Shown here in pieces: positions 55,542 to 64,000 of a DNA stretch of 64,000 nucleotides. A program made the translations under genes and the position numbers. Each line of letters begins with the position of its first letter. The stretch's first letter is position 1. Source of the stretch: Eledone cirrhosa (Eukaryota); contig OZ024741.1 of NCBI GenBank assembly GCA_964016885.1, positions 290,842,001 to 290,906,000 of the forward strand, in the 5' to 3' direction. The notes beneath the pieces were generated by a model, which made no database searches, was not told where the DNA came from, and was given only the letters and a program-made list of their open reading frames with translations.

Positions 55542-55808
55542 ATATCCAGTGCTTTTATCGAGAATGACACAGCTAGAGACTTATAGAATACTTAGCTGTG
55601 TACAGGAACTGGTTTGAAAGAGCGGTTGCCGGTCCGGCAGAAATTAGAAATTGGAATAAATGCTCTGAAATAGCGATATATATGTGAATATAGACATAGA
55701 ATATTCGAAAATATTCTGTATGTTTATAATAAACATTTTGAAGACCTAATCGCTATAGAATAGAATACGTCACGTATTACAATTAGATTCTCGATAAAAG
55801 CAAGGGAA

Positions 55809-55851
55809 GTAATCTACGCGTTTCATTCTTGTTAGAGATCATCAGGACTAC
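55809..55851 (-). ncRNA. Type I minimal hammerhead, unit 2
   Basis: Identical to unit 1. Confidence 0.85.
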
Positions 55852-56118
55852 ATATCCAGTGCTTTTATCGAGAATGACACAGCTAGAGACTTATAGAATA
55901 CTTAGCTGTGTACAGGAACTGGTTTGAAAGAGCGGTTGCCGGTCCGGCAGAAATTAGAAATTGGAATAAATGCTCTGAAATAGCGATATATATGTGAATA
56001 TAGACATAGAATATTCGAAAATATTCTGTATGTTTATAATAAACATTTTGAAGACCTAATCGCTATAGAATAGAATACGTCACGTATTACAATTAGATTC
56101 TCGATAAAAGCAAGGGAA

Positions 56119-56161
56119 GTAATCTACGCGTTTCATTCTTGTTAGAAATCATCAGGACTAC
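56119..56161 (-). ncRNA. Type I minimal hammerhead, unit 3
   Basis: Stem II variant T TTCT aaca AGAA T (4 bp). Confidence 0.88.
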
Positions 56162-56428
56162 ATATCCAGTGCTTTTATCGAGAATGACACAGCTAGAGAC
56201 TTATAGAATACTTAGCTGTGTACAGGAACTGGTTTGAAAGAGCGGTTGCCGGTCCGGCAGAAATTAGAAATTGGAATAAATGCTCTGAAATAGCGATATA
56301 TATGTGAATATAGACATAGAATATTCGAAAATATTCTGTATGTTTATAATAAACATTTTGAAGACCTAATCGCTATAGAATAGAATACGTCACGTATTAC
56401 AATTAGATTCTCGATAAAAGCAAGGGAA

Positions 56429-56471
56429 GTAATCTACGCGTTTCATTCTTGTTAGAAATCATCAGGACTAC
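56429..56471 (-). ncRNA. Type I minimal hammerhead, unit 4
   Basis: Identical to unit 3. The unit 5 copy (56739-56775) lacks the 5' strand of stem I. Confidence 0.88.
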
Positions 56472-56839
56472 ATATCCAGTGCTTTTATCGAGAATGACAC
56501 AGCTAGAGACTTATAGAATACTTAGCTGTGTACAGGAACTGGTTTGAAAGAGCGGTTGCCGGTCCGGCAGAAATTAGAAATTGGAATAAATGCTCTGAAA
56601 TAGCGATATATATGTGAATATAGACATAGAATATTCGAAAATATTCTGTATGTTTATAATAAACATTTTGAAGACCTAATCGCTATAGAATAGAATACGT
56701 CACGTATTACAATTAGATTCTCGATAAAAGCAAGGGAAGTAATCTACGCGTTTCATTCTTGTTAGAAATCATCAGCGATTAGGTCTTCAAAATGTTTATT
56801 ATAAACATACAGAATATTTTCGAATATTCTATGTCTATA

Positions 56840-56880
<41 letters not shown>

Positions 56881-56896
56881 ATATATACATAATTAA

Positions 56897-59044
56897 TGGC
56901 GCCCGTCTAGGTATACCGGGATTTTATATTTTCAGGAATACCCCTACACTCTAGTACAAAGATACCGCACGCCCTCTCAAGTCAGCGAGAGCGGGGGGGG
57001 GGGATTCACGTGCTCTGATGTTGGGTTTGTATAGTTTTTAGGATTCCCCAGTTCCGCAGCCAGTACGTTAAAGAAAATTAATAGTTACAACAATAAAGGC
57101 TGAACAGAGAACAACTTTTTTAACAAACAATCATTTCTACAACCATAATGGAAATTCCAAGTAACAGAACATATTTAAATTACATTGTTAGAGCTTCAGA
57201 GTATACAATATTTTTTGTTCGGCCTTCCGGAGCAAAGATGAAGAGATTGTTTGGCGAGTTCACCCTCGAGCATCCTACATACAATTGACCATGGGAGAAA
57301 CACTGATCTCGTAGCTCGTCTCGCGGAGAAGCTCTGTAGACGTTGACCTCTGGACACTCCTGTGTGGAGCAGGTAAGCTGTAATGACTTAGAGGCCTACC
57401 TCCAATTTCCAGGACACTGTTTTCAAGACAAACAAGCGCCTCATTGAAAACGACATATGTTACGTTCGGATTGTGTCTGTGTGTGCTGTGGAAGATGTCC
57501 TCAGCTAGACTTTCGCGGTGGTTGTTCCACATTGCGAGAAGGTCGGCGAGATTGCAGTTATGCAGCATAATAGCAAAAGGTTTTCGCAGCTGAGAAGGGA
57601 CTTTAGCAGTTGCTGCTTCTTGCAGGGTGTTATCGTGTAACATACCACACATCTGGCAAGCCAAACGGTAAGTGTAACATTGATGGCCATTGATGGCTCT
57701 CAGATCTTTGAAAGACTGTGGTCCTCTAACCTCGAACAATAACAATGATGATAAACTGTCTGTGCTTTCGTGAAATAAATAGGTTTTTGTGTTTGTGTAT
57801 GCAAAAATATCTGTACACGAATATATATATATAAACAGATTAAAGTTTAAGCAAATAATCGCTGCTTTCACCCTTAACGAGATCTTCTGAAACTGAAAAA
57901 ATCAGTCTGTGAACGCAGAAGTAAATATTTCGAAAAACGGGGATGCCATCTAGTCCAGACTGGCCTCAGACAGGCTCACGCGCCAGTTCGAGCAGCACCG
58001 CCTTGCCTGTTGTGGGGCCTCCAAACCCCACAGTGGTGCCTGGCTCCATGCCCTGCCCTCCTTCTCCACTGGCACACAGCTAGACAATAATAGCCTGTGC
58101 ATTGGCGTTTCCTTGAGGCCCAGCCTCCGGATCTGTGAGCATCACCAATGTCGCTGCGGATCCACTCTAAACCCATCCGCTTTCCTGTCGCCCCAGTGTC
58201 GGCCGCCTTCCACGCCATGTTGTCCTCAACGAGGTAATAAAGCATGGCTTGGATGCTGCAGGCTTCTCTTCCCAGCTCGAGTCGGTGGGGCTGGACCGAG
58301 GGGACGGCAAAAGGCCAGATGTCATGACCGAAACTTTCTGCAGCTGCAACCTGGTCCAGTCTGCGATTAACCCAGGTTCTGCTGCACGTCGGGCTGAGGA
58401 GGCTAAACTCCTCAAATACCGGTCGCTCTCCGACAGGTTTGCGGTTGTACCCCTGGCAGTGGAGTTTCTGGTGTCCGTGGCCCTACGGCTACCTCCCTAC
58501 TCACCAGCATAGGCACTCAGCTGGCCAGCCGCAGGTGTGAGCCCCGCGAGGTGGAGTGGCTTTTCCAGCACTTTCCCTTGCTGTCCTCCGGAGAAACGCC
58601 TTCTCCATTCTGACCGCCGGGGCCCCATCGCGTATCATTCCATATTTAGTAGTGGTCGGTATGTGTGTGTTTGTATATATTGCTTTTGTTTTCATTCAGT
58701 ATCATGTCATTCTGCATTGCTTTTCTCTAATAAAAATAATAATAACTTTAAAAAAAAAATACAGACAGACAGAGATACAGACTAAGAACAAGAAGGGAAT
58801 GTTGTGCGACGTCATAAGAAAAAGTGAAAATGATGGATAACCGGAAGTGTTGACATTTGAAATGTTGAAGAAGTGAAAATTTACATAATGTCATTAATCT
58901 TTTAACAAAATTCAGTCGACAAAACTACCCTCACTTTTTTACTTGGAAAAAGTTACATCTATTGTGCAAATTCGGTGCTGTTTGGTCCAGCCGTTTGGCG
59001 GGAAGTTTGTTACCTACAAACGGCCGTCAGCTTTATAGTATAGA
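56897..59044 (-). mobile_element. Helitron family A, copy 2 (RepHel fragment ~57210-57760) with an internal CRE-like insert
   Basis: 5' TCTATACTATAAAGCTGACGGCCG, ORF 57275-57871 with LLLFEVRGPQSFKDLRAINGHQCYTYRLAC, and colinearity with 398-1890. Confidence 0.85.
57940..58648 (+). mobile_element. CRE-like RLE retrotransposon 3' fragment inside the Helitron
   Basis: ICEHHQCRCG, LESVGLDRGDGKRPD, AEEAKLLKYRSL and VLRRNAFSIL. Confidence 0.75.
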
Positions 59045-59130
59045 TATATATACATAATTATATATATATATATATACATAATCATATATATACATATATA
59101 CATAATCATATATATATATATACATACATA

Positions 59131-59170
<40 letters not shown>

Positions 59171-59171
59171 C

Positions 59172-59206
<35 letters not shown>

Positions 59207-59210
59207 CATA

Positions 59211-59258
<48 letters not shown>

Positions 59259-59496
59259 AGCATATATATATATATATATATATACAAAATCATATATATA
59301 TATATATACATAAGCATATACATATATATATAGATATATATACATAATCATATACATATATATACATATATACATAATCATATATATATATATTTCGTTT
59401 CTGAATTTGTTTAGCAAGATTCTTTATCTGAAAACGTGTGTTGAAACCGATATTGTTATACTTTGGCAGTGTCATGTTGCCAATAAGACAACCACA

Positions 59497-59665
59497 CCCA
59501 ATATAAGTTACACTGGGAGATCCTAGCTAGGGCTAGATCGTATAACGGAAATAAAAGACCATGTGACCTCTGTGGCGCTGAGGCCCTGACAATACTCTAC
59601 GCCACAGACCACATCTTAAACAAAAAATCTGAGGCAATTTCGGCTTGTAAACATAAATTGCACAA
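59497..59665 (+). pseudogene. PLE endonuclease C-terminal remnant
   Basis: Manual translation LHWEILARARSYNGNKRPCDLCGAEALTILYATDHILNKKSE matches the W.I..A..Y....C.LC..E..I....LN...E tail of PLEs. Confidence 0.7.
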
Positions 59666-59959
59666 AACTTTCCTGTATTACAGCCCCACGTTATACCCTA
59701 ACAGATAACACGATCTATACGTGGATATTTTACGTCTTGATGTCGTAGCTAAGTATATGTTTTGTTTATACCACTACTTATTTGCATAGGTAAGTATATA
59801 TTACCTGTATGTTTTGTGAAGGTACGTATACCTTCTCGTACGTATATTTGATTGTATATGTTATGGCGTATAATTTTATATTTTCTGGTACATATGGTTT
59901 GGTTATGTGTATACTGGTGTTTTGCGTCTGTGTGAGTATGCAGGTTCGTACGTATGTAG

Positions 59960-60705
59960 GGTGTGTGTATATGTGTACTTCATGTTTTGGTTGACTTACG
60001 TCTCCGAACATTTGTGTATTTACATGTGTGCGCTTGTTATATACGTATTTATTTATTTATATACGTTTATTTAATTATTTATTTATTTGTAAACACGCAT
60101 ACACACACACATATTTATATGTGTGTGGTTTTGTATACCTATGGTAAGTGTTTTCTCGTATGCTTGTGTATGTACGTATTTGTATGCGTGTATGTATTTA
60201 TATAATTTCTATTACCTCTGCATTGTATTTATTTACTTTGTTCTTAACTCTGAAGCGGAGATTCATTTGGTCTCCTAGTTAGAATTTTAGTCTACGACTT
60301 CTGCTATAGCATTTACGTGGTTTTGTCTTTGCGTGCAATTGTTCTCCACGCTCCACATATGACGTATTATCTTAGTTTTTTTCGTTCATTGCCAGAGAAT
60401 GTCTCTATGAACCACCTAAGAGAACATTAGTCTACGACCTCTTTGTACCATAAACGTGGTTCTGTCTTTGCGCGTAATTGTTTTTTTCACCGCTCCTATT
60501 AATGACGTATTATATTCGTTTTTTCCCGTTCTTTGCCAGGGAACGTTTCCACGAACCAAAGTATTGTCTTCCTGTCTTACTCCGGTTGCAACGTTTTTTG
60601 AAATATCCACTTCTGCGTTTACAGATTGACTTTGTTAGTTTCAGAAGATCCCGTTAAGGGTGGAAGCATCGATTCTTTGCTTAAACTTTAATCTGTTATT
60701 TTAAT
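59960..60705 (+). mobile_element. Family C Helitron-related repeat
   Basis: Colinear with 5470-6284. Confidence 0.7.
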
Positions 60706-60707
60706 AA

Positions 60708-60758
<51 letters not shown>

Positions 60759-60797
60759 AGAGTATTGAAGTTTGCTTGAAGCATTGTGGAATAATAA

Positions 60798-61589
<792 letters not shown>

Positions 61590-61604
61590 CACATATATAT
61601 ATAT

Positions 61605-62190
61605 GGTGGCTGCCAACTCGTTTTCGAGTACGGCCACTACTTTATATCCATGTAGCAGAACCCTTACCGATTCGCTGAACGAGTGTGACTTTTTAGTCCA
61701 GCCACCGACTTGAAAACTCTGGTACAAACACTACACTTGTGACAATTATTGACACATAGTGTGGCCCATGGTACCATGTGACGACAAGTGCAGAGATCTC
61801 CAGATATAAAGCAATGCCTGTGTCGTGAAGCTTTTATAGTGAGCAAAGTCACTGCACAAAGCCAGTCCCACTCTCTTAACCAAGATGATATTTACCAAAA
61901 AGAAGAACAAGTCAACATCATTGGATACCATCAGAGTTGCAGGTGTTATATCAGAGTTTTCCTTCTCCTAGAATCCTGCCTTGACAAAGCCTAAGGGGTC
62001 ATCTCTCTCGATGATTTTGGATGGCCATTGACTCTTAAGAGCTCCTTTGCCCTATGACAGGTTTTGTTTTTAGTCCTGCAGGATGTCCAAAGTCACCCTC
62101 CTCACCAAGAAACCTTGGTGGGGTTGCCAGTTTAGTCGCCAACGACCCGACCATGAGACAGGTAGTACTGGGATACATGTTACCAGTATG
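61605..62190 (-). mobile_element. Internally deleted RTE element (5' UTR joined to the C2H2 3' end)
   Basis: rc contains the RTE-5'-like CTAGGAGAAGGAAAACTCTGA and [19 protein letters not shown] near the 3' end. Confidence 0.65.
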
Positions 62191-62324
62191 CATATATATA
62201 TACATAATCATATTTATATATATATTTACATAATCATATATATATATATATACATATATATATACATATATATATATATATACATATATATATACATAAT
62301 CATATATATATATATTTATATAAT

Positions 62325-62407
<83 letters not shown>

Positions 62408-62534
62408 AAAGTTATATTTAAATTGTTGGGTTACAACTAGTAAATATTTATAACTGATATAAAAGCACTCGACAAATATTTGGAGTATATTTACAATATT
62501 AAATAAAGGGAAACTATATTTATAAAACCATATT

Positions 62535-62600
62535 TATTTCATTATATATATTTCAGGGATATCATATTAACAATATGCTATGCCTTCCTCAGACAAAATA
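62535..62600 (-). ncRNA. Type I minimal hammerhead (inverted copy)
   Basis: Reverse complement of 62718-62783. Confidence 0.75.
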
Positions 62601-62717
62601 CAATATAAACAGTTTTATAGATAAATAGATTCGACATACCGTAACATCTAATTGCATTTAATGCAAGTAGATGTTACGGTATGTCGAATCTATTTATCTA
62701 TAAAACTGTTTATATTG

Positions 62718-62783
62718 TATTTTGTCTGAGGAAGGCATAGCATATTGTTAATATGATATCCCTGAAATATATATAATGAAATA
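62718..62783 (+). ncRNA. Type I minimal hammerhead ribozyme
   Basis: TATTTTGT-CTGAGGA-AGG..CATATT gtt AATATG..CCT-GAAAT atat ATA-ATGAAATA. Confidence 0.78.
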
Positions 62784-62824
62784 AATATGGTTTTATAAAT
62801 ATAGTTTCCATTTATTTAATATTG

Positions 62825-63008
<184 letters not shown>

Positions 63009-63180
63009 TATATACATAATCATATATATATATATATTTATATATACATAATCATATATACATAAATATATATATACATAATCATATATACATAATCATA
63101 TATATGTATATATATATTTATATATACATAATCATATATACATAAATATATATATACATAATCATATATACATAATCATA

Positions 63181-63237
<57 letters not shown>

Positions 63238-63254
63238 CATACATAAACATATAT

Positions 63255-64000
63255 ATCTCAACATTCTACTGCTGGGAGTCTTCAACCTGCCAAAGGTCAA
63301 ATGACATGAGGGCCACATCGTCCCAGGAATGATGTCAATAGAACAGAGACAGACGGAATCCCTGCTGGCCCTCACACACAGGCTGTTCATGGAACAAGCA
63401 GTACTCCTCCCAACAAGAGGCCAAAATGTCCTGGACCTCTGTTTTACAAACAACGAAGTGCTCATCCACAATGTAAAGGTGACACCAACAATATTCTAGA
63501 ATCATAACTTAATAGAACTAATGATATGTGGTCCGAGAGAACCAACAGAGACCCAACCATCAAGAAGCTCCGGGACGTTATCCGGCCTTAACTTCTACAA
63601 GGCTAACTGGAAAAATATCAAGAGAGAAATTCGGAAGCAAATATGGAGCAAAAACACCGCCACACAAGACAGCAACACACAATTTCAACACTACATGGCA
63701 ACGATACACACTATAAGCAAGAAGTTTGTCCCGGAGAAAAAGTCAAACAGACACAAAAATCTTATTCCCAGAGATAGGAATATCCTCATGAGACGTAGAA
63801 CCAAGCTCTCAGACCAGTTGAATGCACAAGAAAACAAAAACAAGGTGGAACCTTATCTGAAACGTGCACTACTTGACACCGAGATTTCACTCAAACTTTC
63901 TCATGAAAATGAGAGTGCAAAGAAAGAAAGCAGGGCCATAGAAAATATTAAAACAAACCCTAAGGCCTTCTTTAAATTTGCAAAAGAAACTGCCTCGGTA
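63255..64000 (+). mobile_element. 5'-truncated CR1/L2-group LINE fragment (end of APE and linker), runs off the window
   Basis: LLLGVFNLP, PTRGQNVLDLCFTNN, NFYKANW and AIENIKTNPKAFFKFAK, similar to the LINE region at 28900-29630. Confidence 0.85.

Larger units (their letters stand above)
55338..56843 (-). mobile_element. Retrozyme-like tandem array: 310-bp unit x ~4.6 plus a ~70-bp inverted terminal piece, inserted in (AT)n
   Basis: Units start at 55338, 55646, 55956, 56266 and 56576 and are nearly identical. 56774-56843 is the reverse complement of an internal part of the unit. Confidence 0.9.

Noticed and set aside
55338-56775. CRISPR array or plain satellite interpretation
   Set aside because: There are no unique spacers and no cas genes. 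The HHR in each unit and the inverted end fit a retrozyme/pLTR origin better than an ordinary satellite.

Overview
AT-rich, microsatellite-dense animal DNA; the SINE family and repeat make-up suggest an octopus or other cephalopod (inference). I found no credible host protein-coding exon, and most ORFs in the track are translations of (AT)n, (CA)n or trinucleotide runs. The window is almost entirely transposable elements: a full-length but disrupted Tc1/mariner, a near full-length CR1/L2-group LINE plus a second fragment, RTE and CRE-like LINE remnants, several Penelope-like element (PLE) remnants, about 10 Helitron-type elements and more than a dozen tRNA-derived SINE copies. The main signal is about 20 type I hammerhead ribozyme (HHR) motifs from at least 8 distinct sequence families. 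Most sit in short non-coding elements next to or within (AT)n arrays, and many have a direct-repeat plus inverted-end architecture. The clearest is a nearly perfect 310-bp x ~4.6 tandem array at 55338-56843 with one HHR per unit, a retrozyme-like candidate for producing circular RNA. Several HHRs carry recurrent non-canonical core features (a U3-A8 swap, and a U.U or A.A pair closing stem II). All folds were read by eye, not computed, and element boundaries are approximate.
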